In this document: positions 13,001-24,600 of the stretch, one piece after another
Layout: every line of letters starts with the position of its first letter
Position numbering within the stretch: the first letter of the stretch is position 1
Assembly: GCF_902459465.1 (NCBI RefSeq)
Contig: NC_047071.1
Location: 2,170,001 to 2,234,000 of the forward strand
Length of the DNA stretch: 64,000 nucleotides
Direction of reading: 5' to 3'
Source: Asterias rubens
Lineage: Eukaryota
The notes under the pieces: generated by a model
Database searches by the model: none
What the model saw: the letters and a program-made list of their open reading frames with translations, nothing else
Told to the model about the DNA's origin: nothing
Translations under genes and position numbers: made by a program

Positions 13001-15878
13001 CCTGTTTGCCTAATCATTTTTACCTTTTCACGGTACTGTCTGCTAGACGAGTCCATTGACTGAATGAGGTTTGTTGCGTGCCCGATGAAGAGAGCGAAAC
13101 ACGAGGCACCAGAGATCATACTTGCCATGGTGAGCCACAAATCAGTCAAACTTTGTGGCGGGAAACGACCGTAGCCAATACAGAGCATGTGCGACATTGC
13201 TTTGAATAAAGCCCACGTGTACTGCTCCCACCAATGGGCGTCCTGTTTCATTGAAAATATAGCAAAAGTGAAACCAAGTTTCATAACGATGCTGTTTGTG
13301 TCTTTCTTTGGATATATGCCTCGAAATTGCACGGTTTCCTTTTACTTTGCGAACTAACATGGTCGGCCATTTTGTGGAGTCAAAAATCGACTCCCCAAAT
13401 TGGAGTGCTGTGTTAGTTCACAACGTATATACGGAAAATCGTGCAATTTCGAGGCATATTTATGTCTACTTTCAAAACATCCATTTATGATAATTTATTC
13501 ATGAATGGTCAAGACCACACCCACCGCAAGATTATTGGTACTCCATTATATAATAATTTATTCATGAATGAACAAAACCACATCCTCCATGAGATTTCTG
13601 ATACCACCATTATGGGATAATTTCTTCATGAATGAGCAAAACAAGGTTATTGGTACTCCCATTATATAATCTTTTAGAAATGAATGATGAAAGATGTTGA
13701 TACCCACCCCTATATTATAATTTATTCATGAATAATTAAGATCACACCCACCACAAGGTTATTGATGGAGACCCAGCTGTCTTGAGGAAACTCCTGCAGC
13801 ATCGGAACCAGAAACTGCAGACAGCCGTTCCAGTGACCAATCAGGAGCATTATGCAGATTAAATTGCCGATTCGGATCACTGCCCCGGCAACATCAAACA
13901 CCTGCATGCAATGATTGCAATCATGAAAGTCGTCCATTTGACGTTTTTTTCTCTCTCTTCACATTAATAGTCACTACACAATGAATTTATTGCATTTTAA
14001 TAGTGATAATCATTAATAGGCAGATGGGTAAAACCAAAATTAATATATTTTGTCCCCGATGCAAGTTTTAATCTATTAAAAGGTTTAAGCTGAGCCTATA
14101 TAATTAGAAAGCGCACCTGTTCCCATTGTCGAACGAATCGCATCAGCCTGGAGAGACGAAGCAACCTAACCAAACTAAGAAGCTTGGCTAATCTCAAGAC
14201 GCGTAGAGCTTTCGAGACTTCGTATAGATGGTTTCCTGATGATCCACCATTCACAGCCATGAAGATGCAATCCATGGGGATGGATGAGATGAAATCAATG
14301 ATGAACCACGTCTTCAAGTAGTGGATGGCAATCTTCTTTGGTTTTAGAATTACCTGAAATGAATCATGACATTAGCGTCGATATCCCCAGTATTGAAGCT
14401 TAGAATCAGGTCACTTCGTTCGTTGACCACTTCGTACCACGGACACTTCGTTCCGTTTGGACACTTCGTAGGCCTTCCTGTTCGTACCCTGTACACTTCG
14501 TATCTTCTTACCGTACGAAATGACCAGGTTCAAAGTTACCCGAAGGTACGAAGTGACCAAGGTACGAAGTGACAAAGGGTGACACCCTAGAAAAAGTATA
14601 TTGGACTTTTGTATTTATTATTAGTTTTACCATGTTGATCTTTCCTAGTGTTCAGTAAAAATATATAGAGATGGACAAAAACTGCACTATGGAGATGCAT
14701 TTTTATCATGAACACAAATTTAAGGAACACAGCCCAATTTAAGGAGATCGGTTTATATACCTGTTCGGATGTGTTCGGATCCATATACCCACTTCTCATA
14801 TTGATGATGACGTCCAGTATGAATAAACTATCTGACCCACAGTTGAAGATCGTCCACAGCCTGCTCGGCTCCGTGTGGTAGAAGAATGCAATAATAACGG
14901 GCAGGCTCACCAAGTTGCATATCAGAAGCATCACCATTAGGAGATCCCAGTAGAATCTTCAAGACAAGTTAAACACAAGTTGTAACACAACTGCTTTAAA
15001 CATTTTTTGGGGGTTGAACATTAGAAATTGACTGAAGTGGGACTTGAACCTGCGGCCTCCGGATTAACGCGACAGTGCTCTATGAGCCATCTAGTGATGG
15101 CAGTCTCCCCAACTGCTTTGATCTCTTGAGACAACTCGGCTCACAAATAGTCCAAGTGTCAGTCTCAAAACGATTTCCCCGATTCTTAATTGAACTCGGT
15201 AATAATCAGAGAAATAATTTAATACATGTTCTCAGGAAAACGAGATTATATAGCTTGCCATAAGACACAGTCTTAGCTGATTATGAAACAACTTATAATG
15301 GCCTACTTAAATGCACTGCAGGGGTGAACGATAAGAAACCCAGCAGCTTTGAGACGCTTCATCTCCTTCTTGATTCCATTGGTGCTCCCAAACAACTTCA
15401 TGGACAGCCTGTTATCAGTCGGCTGGAGCATCGTCCACAGCTGCCGTCTTATGAAGGTGTTCTTCAGCCCGGTTTCGTCGCTGTTGCCCGGCGGTTTTGG
15501 TATCCCGAGTAGAGACATGCTTTCCCTGATTGAGTCCTTGCTGTCGTGCTTAGGTTTAGCATGGTCCATCAACATCTCTACGTTCTTCATGTCGAAGGCA
15601 ACATGGCTGACACCCTTGCTGCTCCCCTTGTCTGTTGATGATCTGGAACCGCCTTGATGGCTGGTCGAGGCACCTGGTTGAGGTTTTTCGACCATGGAGG
15701 GGATCCGCTTTGAGGATGCTTCTGGGCCCTGTGCGTATAACACGTCCATTCCTTCTGTGGCCATGGCAGGAACATTTGATTTGTGTTCCTTAGGTGAGGC
15801 ATAATCAACCGGTGTTACCTTGTTGGACCGTAACGCAACCGATAAAGGTGGAGGATTGTTGCTGGTCCCCGGGTCCAT
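10078..15878 (-). CDS. HCN: Hyperpolarization-activated cyclic nucleotide-gated channel, SpIH/spHCN-like, about 734 aa
   Basis: Exons 15878-15307, 14956-14761, 14353-14117, 13901-13752, 13242-13024, 12557-12411, 12197-11954, 11564-11470, 10963-10788, 10246-10078; all GT-AG, phase-consistent, total 2205 nt. Motifs: S4 [32 protein letters not shown], pore [32 protein letters not shown]. The last exon is the least certain. Confidence 0.95.
14409..14573. mobile_element. MITE with arrayed CACTTCGTA subterminal motifs
   Basis: Five CACTTCGT copies on the left and inverted ACGAAGTG copies on the right. Confidence 0.6.
15025..15115 (-). mobile_element. Second tRNA-derived SINE family
   Basis: Minus strand ...TAGAGCAC...TTAATCCGGAGG...GGTTCAAGTCCCACTTCAGTC. 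Plus-strand copies at about 19555-19635, 39488-39580 and 63228-63312. Confidence 0.65.
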
Positions 15879-16150
15879 TTCCACCCTCTGATGGTTGCAG
15901 TTGATAGGCCAAACCAGTAAAGTTAAAAGCCACTGTCCACACCTCCAGTCTACATCATCTCTCTGCCAAAACTGCGTTATCGGCACCAAGCCATGAACTT
16001 GGAAATATCAACAACACAGAGCCTAGCTACACCGCACTGTTTACCAGCTATTTACGCGCGCGTTCTGTTAAGGACTACGTCACAAAGTATTCAGTCAGCT
16101 GCGTCACAACTTTTGTTTGACCGCGCAGGTTTTAAGTGCAGGGCTTTACC

Positions 16151-16320
16151 TAGACTCGATTCAAGTCCCGTTCTCGTGCGGGAGGTCAAATCATACCCAC
16201 TGCCGTCAAAATGTAGCTATTGTTGTCCCGAGAATGTGAGGAACAGGTTTGGGAATGCAGAACATCACAAAACAATAGTTTTTTTAGATTGGCACGGGAT
16301 TGGGACTTGAGTCAAGTCTA
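16151..16320. mobile_element. TAG...CTA MITE with 9-bp TSD (Mutator-like)
   Basis: GGCTTTACC|TAGACTCGATTCAAGTCCC...GGGACTTGAGTCAAGTCTA|GGCTTTACA. Confidence 0.7.
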
Positions 16321-18118
16321 GGCTTTACAGGTGGCAGGACTCAACTCTCTAAATGCTCAATTGGGAATAAGTTTTGAAATAAAAAAAACTTGTAGGCCTA
16401 TGTTTGATGAGTAACGAAATTTCGCATCTCGAACTATCACTTCCTGCGGATTGTACACTTTTGGAAATCAAGGCTTTTGTTATAAAATGAACTTGATTTG
16501 TCAAATGTTTTAAAAGTAGAATATTATATGCCTCGACAAAATGTGTGTGGTGTTCCTTTTACCTCGAGAACAAAGACGGCATGCCATATGGTGGAGTCAG
16601 CATTAATGTTTTCTAAAATTCCCTGTCATTTCAGTGTTGTGATTAGAGGCCATTGGTGAATGTAAAGTGGGTGGGCGTGGTTTATAATGAAAGTTAGTGA
16701 CCCACCGGGCGAAGAAATTTTCAAACTACAAACAACCGCCAAAAATAAAGGACAAACTCAACTTCGCCTGCGGCGTCCGAATAAATAGGCCTATGTCCCT
16801 TGTTTTGAGCAATAATCCAGCAATCCGCTGTCCCGTCGGAAAATCTGTCAACCAGAGATTCCGTCCCCATATGGGAAATTAACATGGGCTGCTGGAGGAT
16901 GGTTCGAAAGAGGGATCAGAAGACGTTTGTACACAGTTTGCCGTAGGGGGGGGGGGGGGACATAATCTCATGCCACACCGGCCATAATAGAGACTGCGAA
17001 AACCGTAAATTCTGCAGGCCAACCCTATATCATCGAATTGGCAAAAGAATAATGAAATAAACAACTCTCTTGTTGCAGTACTTAATCAAACGCTCTTTAA
17101 CCAATGCAATTTTGTATGCAAACATTTATTTTGAGTAATTACCAATAGTAATGTTGTCTTTAATGGAGATTGCCTGGAACTGGTTGCCAATAATTCATTG
17201 CCCCCTGTGACATATGGCCTTATATGTTTATGACAACACATGCTTAGAAAAGAATAGGTCAGCATTGTTTTCCGCATAATAACAATGGGACTAACAAAGT
17301 AATTGGTTATAAAAAAACCCCCATTTAATTGAGCTATTAAAATGATTGATAATTTATTCTTTTATTACAACCACAAAATGCACATATGGGCGGATAGCTT
17401 GCAAACAAAAGTAGATGCCCATGGTCATGGTTTTTGTATTTATATGCCCAGGCATGGATACAAGTCAACCTATAAAATCAAGCATACACTGTTCATAATA
17501 TGAATATAGCCGTTAACAAATGGATGCCATGTAGTACAATTCTATCAAAAATTATTAATATAAAAGTGCACTTAATGCAGAGTCCGTAGTATGAGTATCA
17601 GACACCAAGATAATTATTTTCTTATCAAACAAAATAATATTGCCAACATTTTCATAGACATGCTTGAGCACCAAAAAACACTTCAGCACAACAAAATTAT
17701 GCTCTGCACCAGAATGAGGTGGGGACAAAATCATGTGAAGCATCCTCAAATTAGTATACATGACTCCTATACTAAATTTTGAGTGTTGCAGCAGTATACA
17801 TGTACATGTAATAGCGAACTATAGGATGACACCTGATGTGTATTCCACCAATCAAATGACAAGGATCTGTGTGTTTTGTAAAACTCAAAATAAATTACCC
17901 TCATAACAAAAACATTCACGTGCACCTATTTTTACATCAAAATGACAATGATAGTATAACCACTAAAATTGTACATTTACTGACCAGACAGTTCTCAAAA
18001 GATTTGTATTTTCTCAACATGTGCACCTTTTTTTTACAATAAAATACAACAAAAATAAAAACGCTAATATTGTACATTTACTGACAAGACAATTCTATAA
18101 TAGTTCTAGGAGACCGAA

Positions 18119-21100
18119 TCACATCCACGGGTAGCCTTCCTTGTCATAGGGTTGCGCCTCATTGAAGTACTCATCGATGGGTTTACTGAAGGATGTGTTC
18201 TTTCTGAAGGGTGTATCTAATGTCTTCTCTTGTGTCACGCCCTGTGGAGAAAAAAATAGGGAAGGGAGAGGTTATTAGGGGTAGAGAGATGATGAGTCAA
18301 TAAGCCATTTGTGAGTAAAATTTGAATAATTAATTTCTGGTACAACGACTTGCTAGGTTACAAGTTACCCCTTAAATTTAAATTCTTCAAGAGAGTCAGT
18401 TGCAATATTACATGATCAATCGTAATAATCTTTTGTTAAGTTTGATAAAGAGACAACGAACACCCACACACAATTTTGAATGAATGTGTTTGGCACAAGG
18501 CCACAAAGGTTTGCTCATTTGGAGGTTGCTTAACAAAAGCTTGCTGATCGATGAACTGATATTCCGTTTTTAAACAGTCAAGATTGTAGGATGGAGGGAA
18601 ACATGCATCGGGCCAGGAGTTACAATTGATGCAGCATGTTGAATGAAGCTGTTGGAATGGTTCATTGTTCTACATGTATTAAGCAAAGCAAGAGTGTATG
18701 AGTGAGAAGAAGCAGAAAGCCTGGGCAATTTCATGGGTCTGTTTACCGTAAGCAAAGAATAAGCACTTACGGAAGCAGGGAATTCTGTGCTTAGGTCAAG
18801 CGTATTTCACAGGTAAGCAGGGATTTTTTGCTTGTGCGCATGCAAACGTCACATTACTAGGCATTCTTCACTTACACAGCTAGCACAGAAATTCGGTGAT
18901 TGTGCAGAATTTGGCGGTAAGCAGAGTCATGAACATGGGCCCAGGTTTCACACTCAAACATCCTGCTGGAAGAACCAGGCAACTATAAATGAATAGAAAA
19001 GGAGAGTATAGACTTACAGGTATTTTTTGTTTGTGTTGAGTCCAGAAGGTGATGGGTTGCTCGTTAGCAACATTGTGCTCCATCTCAGGGGGTGGAAGCT
19101 CCGAAACAAATCCCTCCACGTCAAAGTCCTTCTGGGTGACTGATTTGTATTCGGGCATTGGTGGAGGTTCCTCCGCCTCTTCTTGTAGTTCCTTGGCAAC
19201 CCGGGCATACAACGCTCGCTCCGTTAACTCCTTCTTCTTCCCTGAGAGGTACAAAATTAAATGAGTTATTTCCAAAAGAATCTATGACTTTGTCTTACCT
19301 GAAAGATACAGAATTTCATGAAAGAAACTATTACAAAATTTACCCCAGTCCAGTCAGTTTCCCTTGTGGTTTATTACTCGATATTTTAACTAGAGATTTG
19401 TGCATCCCCTTAAGGTGAGCCCCTCGGCTGCAATTTCCCAGGTTGTATCATAAACTTTGGTGTGATTTCTGGCTAAATGCAGACATGTTGAATGGCTTCT
19501 GACTGGTACCTTAACAATGATTTTGACAAATTAGGGAGATCCCTAACAAAGGGCTAAATTGCTCAGCTGTTAGAGTGTTTGCAGATTAATCTGGAGGTTG
19601 CAGGTTAAAGTAATTTTGTCTTTGTTCAACCCACCACTAATCAAGAATTTATAACACATACGAATGTTTGTCTTTGCATACACTACAGAGCAAATTATAT
19701 CGGGCACCATCTGTACGCAGTGTCCACTGTGTCAAAAACTAGTTATCTGTCTTTGATAAGAAACATTGTTTCATTGTGTGCCTGAGCAGGGTTTTACATT
19801 CAAGCTTACCTCCAGTTCGGACTTTGAGTTTTGGTGGCAACATGTAGGATTCCGTGCATGTTGATAGAGGGGTACCCTGTCCCTCATGGGTTGGTGTGGA
19901 CAGGATTGATTTGTGGCCATCTTTGAATGGAAGCGATTTGTTTTCATATTTCATGCTGTTGGGAAGTGAGTCGAGGCTTCGTTCTTGAACTTGACGCTGT
20001 CACATGAGGAGAGATTGAGAGAAAAATACAAATGTTTAAGGCCCAATATCTTGGATGCGTCAATAATCAATCAGATAATAAACTTACAACACTATAATAG
20101 CTGCGATGATCGTAAACGTCAATCCTCTGTCGAGAGGATTGAGTGTTACGATCTACGCAACTAACACTACAGTAATGTGTAATTTCAAAATCTTCAATTA
20201 TGTTAAATCTTTGTTGATATTGAGAGTATTTCAGGAAAGTTTCCGTATGGCGCCACCACTTTTTGATTCGAAATGAAACAATATATAGTATCTAATTTAC
20301 CTCAATGAGAATGAGATATATCCCTTTTGTAAAAATGAGTGAAAAAGTGGTGGCGTGACTGATATGGAAAGTTATCCGTATTTCAGATGAAAACATTTCT
20401 CTGGAGGATAGGAATTTAGGATATATTAATCTTAATCTGAATCGGTAGAGTACATAATGTTATTATCATGGAAACATCACATCGACTTTTAATAAATTAA
20501 ACAACTTTAAAATTAAAGAAAACAATTAAATGAAGAAATTTCATTTTTAATTAGCAGTCATCAGTAAGATAGGGACTATATTTAGAATTTAGGCCTAGTA
20601 TTTTTTAGCTTGTTTTCATCGTAATTAATTAGGGGCCTATTCATAAATCATAACAAACTTCATTATTTTGTTTTAAAATATGACTTAAAATAAGTTAAAT
20701 TAAATAATATAAGCCAAGCGAACATTGAATTTTGACTTTTTTGTAAACTTTACTAAAAAAACTGAATTAAATTAAACTTCAAGCTATGACCGCTATTTGT
20801 TGAATTATTTTAACAATATATTCAAACCAAAAAGATCAATTTACTCAGCTAGAAAGTCATAAGAACATAACAAGAAATTAAGGAATTAGGCCTGACATAG
20901 TTTTATAAACACATGTCACAGTCACTGTCAGGCTGACATATCCCCACTTGTGTGGAAGGATAGGATTCAGCTATCCTTGGCCACACAAGTGGGGCTAAGG
21001 TTGACAGTGACTGTCAGTGTCAGCATGGTCAGTGTCAGTGCCGCGCCTACTCTGTTACTACAGTGTTTCAATGGGTGAATTTGCTTACCTCCTCAACCCA

Positions 21101-21163
21101 ATTTTCTAACAAGCATTTTCCTTCGGAATTATAAATTGTTCTGGACGGATTGAGACCGGACAT
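18119..21163 (-). CDS. SPAG8: Sperm-associated antigen 8-like axonemal microtubule inner protein, about 202 aa
   Basis: Exons 21163-21089, 19996-19810, 19241-19018, 18241-18119; GT-AG, in frame, 609 nt. Contains GKCLLENWVEER, EQPITFWTQH and PFRKNTSFSKPI, motifs I recognise from SPAG8. Confidence 0.8.
18721..18944. mobile_element. Harbinger-like MITE, GGGCCCAATTTCAT TIR family
   Basis: Degenerate TIRs with CWG flanks. Related copies at about 54364-54609, 56511-56784 and 60727-60849. Confidence 0.65.
20098..20163. mobile_element. TAG...CTA hairpin MITE with 9-bp TSD
   Basis: ACACTATAA|TAGCTGCG...CGCAACTA|ACACTACAG; hairpin core AATCCTCT-gtcg-AGAGGATT. Confidence 0.6.
20232..20380. mobile_element. 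MITE in SPAG8 intron 1
   Basis: GGAAAGTTTCCGTATGGCGCCACCACTTTTT...AAAAAGTGGTGGCG...ATGGAAAGTTATCC inverted ends. Confidence 0.55.
20939..20997. mobile_element. Hairpin MITE, TAGCCCCACTTGTGTGG family, 9-bp TSD
   Basis: AGGCTGACA|TATCCCCACTTGTGTGG...CCACACAAGTGGGGCTA|AGGTTGACA. Confidence 0.75.
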
Positions 21164-21658
21164 GTTGGAAGTAAAATTGCACTGTTTGCCTGTCGTTGAT
21201 CAGAACACTTTCAATATGAAAACTTCTTACAGATGACACGCAAAATCAAGTGTTTTTACACGTCAAAATGCACATAAATTTAACCGTGCACGGCTATGGA
21301 TGATTACTGTTGCTATGCCAGTGCACAAGGTCAATAGTCATGCTTGGGAGATCAGGTCACCCACTTTCCAACAACATAAAATATTAACTTTGCATTTTGA
21401 TAAAATATTAAAATAAAAAGATACATTTTGTACTTAAAAATATATAATAGAGCAAATATAATTACTTATTATGGTTTTTGGAAAATAATGTAATAAAATA
21501 TAAATTTTTGAACCACTTTGAATTAAATACATCGGGAAAATTCCTGTTCATTTTTTAGATTTGTTTGATGTCGGCTGCTTGCTGCAAACTGCAAGTGGTA
21601 TTTTGGTACTGACTTGATCTAGTTTTCCCTTGGAAGTTTCCCTTTGTTTTTGAATGAA
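21164..21658. promoter_or_regulatory. Putative bidirectional promoter shared by SPAG8 and CCDC112
   Basis: Divergent start codons about 500 bp apart; RFX X-box-like half site GTTGCTATG at 21309-21317. Confidence 0.55.
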
Positions 21659-24600
21659 ATGTCATCAAAGGTACGATACCTTATTTATTCTAGTGGTTGT
21701 ATATCTACACGGTTAAAATTTATCTACCTGTAGGATATTGCATGTTAAACTGTAGCCCCACTTGTGTGGCCAAGGTCCAAGGATAGCTGAATCCTAACCC
21801 TACTTACTACTAAAGGAGTCGGCTATCCTTGGCCACACAAGTGGGGCTAGTTAAACTGAAGATATATTTTTGTAAACAAAATGGAATGGTCTCACTCTCC
21901 TCAGTCATATTATTATAGTTATTACTACAGTCATGTGTAAGTAAGCTGTAAGTTAATCAATTTTGTAAGTAGGGGCCTGTTGCAGTGCTATGTTATTGTA
22001 TATTGGGGTTTTTATGATGGATGTTTTATTGTTGTAATAAAATAAGTAGTTACACTCGATTTCAACTGGGTGGGTTGAATATGATTAGACTATAGACCTG
22101 TGGTTATTTCACCAACTTTTCTAGTTGCGATAACGTAACCCTCCTGCCGACGGCGTAGCCAGAGGCTCCGCCGTCGGCAGGAGGGTTACGTTATCGCAAC
22201 TACAACTTTTATATCAGGATAACTGCATATTTAATTTATTATTAATATTATTATTATTTATTACACTTTACACATACAATTACAACATGTAATTGTATGT
22301 GCAAAGTGTAATAAATAATAGTAATAATAATTAATAGTAATTGCAACATTCATAGAGCGCTAAATACGGATGTTTCTAAGGGCTATAACCAGATTGACAA
22401 TGATTTAAAAGTGTCCAATGTGTTGAATGTGGGTGGGTAGCTTGTTCCAAAGTGTTACTGTTGGAGCTATGACTGAAAAGGCCCGATCGCCGTAGCGTTT
22501 GATGGTGCGGGGTTAATCATGTTAATCATGAACGTAGTAGAACTGGCTGGGGTTTTCTAGACTTGTGGACAAGTCGTTAAATGTCTGTTGCAGTGAGCAC
22601 CGCCACAACTCGACTATCTCACCGCGTGGGACCATTAACGACTTGTTCACAATTTTAGGGTCTTTCCTTTGTAAATAATTTTGACATTCAAATAATTTAA
22701 TGTAATATAATTTTGATGTGTTTTGGCAGCAATGTCTCATCGCAACAGTGAAAGTGTAAAAAAAAAAAATAATAATATTCTTTATCACCGATGTAAGAAT
22801 AAAGATTATTAATATAAATTAATAATCATTTGGTGTCACTGATGTTGATTAACTTTTCACAATCTCTTCTGTACAACTACAACAAGAAGGGATGTGAGCA
22901 TTGTTAACATTTGCAAGTTATTCTATAATAACAATTATATTCACAAATGTACAACTAATGCTGACAAGTACCTTTCATATCAGGGGGCAACAAACTCTAG
23001 ACCGACCAAGATGAAAGGTAAAGAACTAGGAGGGGGAGATACAAAGACAGCAGGATCTTCTCAGAAGACGAAGACAGAAAATGCCAAGAAAGTAGAAACC
23101 CTCAGGGAGATCGAACAAATGGAGCAAAAGTAGGTAGTTGTTTTCACAAGATTCAGCAGAGTATCTTTTATAAATGTGCCATGAACTGATTTTTTAGGAA
23201 ATATAAATATCAGTTCCTTATTAATCAACTACATAAATTTTGAGGTGAAATCTTAAATACAAACGTGAGGGAACAAGGTAGCTAATACTTTTTGTTACCT
23301 AATCAGTTTTGGATCCCAATTTAGTTTTACACCATACTAGATCTGTGACTATTCTAAACTTGTCATTTATTTCTTTTCAACAAAATTCTGCGCATGACAC
23401 TGCCAAAAACTCATGCACCCAAAGAGGCTGTATGTGGATCAGAATAAAAACTTAAACGTTGGTACTCATTGCTCTAGGAATATTTCACCCCATTTGGACT
23501 AGGTTTGTCAGTTTGAAAAAACTAAATAAAAATGTCCTGCCACAAAAACCAAACAAACTATTTTAAAAGTAAATAATTTGTTTTTGAACTTTTTAGGATC
23601 AATAGTTTGGACAGAGAGAAAAGCACCAATCTGTACAGCAAGCGAAGTGATTTCCGCAAGCTGTTTTGCACTTTAGAAGAACAGGAATTAAAGATGAATA
23701 GCGACCGGAAAGCTGAAAGTAAGTAACTTTGTAAAAACTTGTCACAATACATTCTCCTACTTTTTGACCATACAGTCTCATTCTCTCATGGTTTTGAATG
23801 ATTTCCTGTGCCAGTCAGCAATATGACAGTGACAACATACACTCAACTCTCATACTGTTTGACCATTCAATATCATCTACTGTGGTTTTTGAGTGACAGA
23901 TAAACTATGCTAGCCTACAGTATGAAACTATGTGGTTAATGTATCTCTACACAGTTCACAGTCAACCTTCCTACTGTTTGACCATTCAATATCATCTACT
24001 GTGGTTTTGAGTGACAGATCAACTATGCTAGCCTGCAGTATGAAACTATATGGTTAATGCATTAATACACATTTCAGAGTCAACCTTCCTACTGTTTGAC
24101 CATTCAATCTCATCCACTGTGGTTTTGAGTGACTATGCTGCAGAAGCCTGCATTTTGATACAATGTGTTGATTGCATCTGTGCACAGTACACGGTCAACC
24201 CTCTCAATTTTGACCATCCAATCATCGAATTGTGTGTGGTTTTGAGTGACAGAACTATGTTAGCCTGCAATTTGATACTGGGCTGAATTCATCTCTACAA
24301 AAGTTTACGGTCAACCCTCCTACTGTCTGACCTTTAATCTCATCCACTGTGTATGCCAGCCTGTAATTTGATATGCCAATAAAGTCAACTGATTGATAAT
24401 TGTAATTCTTTACAATTTGGGTTTTCAATATTTTATAATTTTGGATTTTGGTTTATAATATCTTCACATCATTATTAATAAATTAATGTTTTTTGCAGAA
24501 GCTCGACTAGTGCAGCAGCTGAATAAGATGCGAGGCACTGTCACTAAGTTCCAACGTCAACTACGCGATGTGAAACCAACACCTGAATGCAAGTAGAAAA

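Noticed and set aside
15879-15989. N-terminal extension of HCN suggested by the ORF track
   Set aside because: It starts at TTG; the first in-frame ATG is at 15878, so this is treated as 5' UTR.
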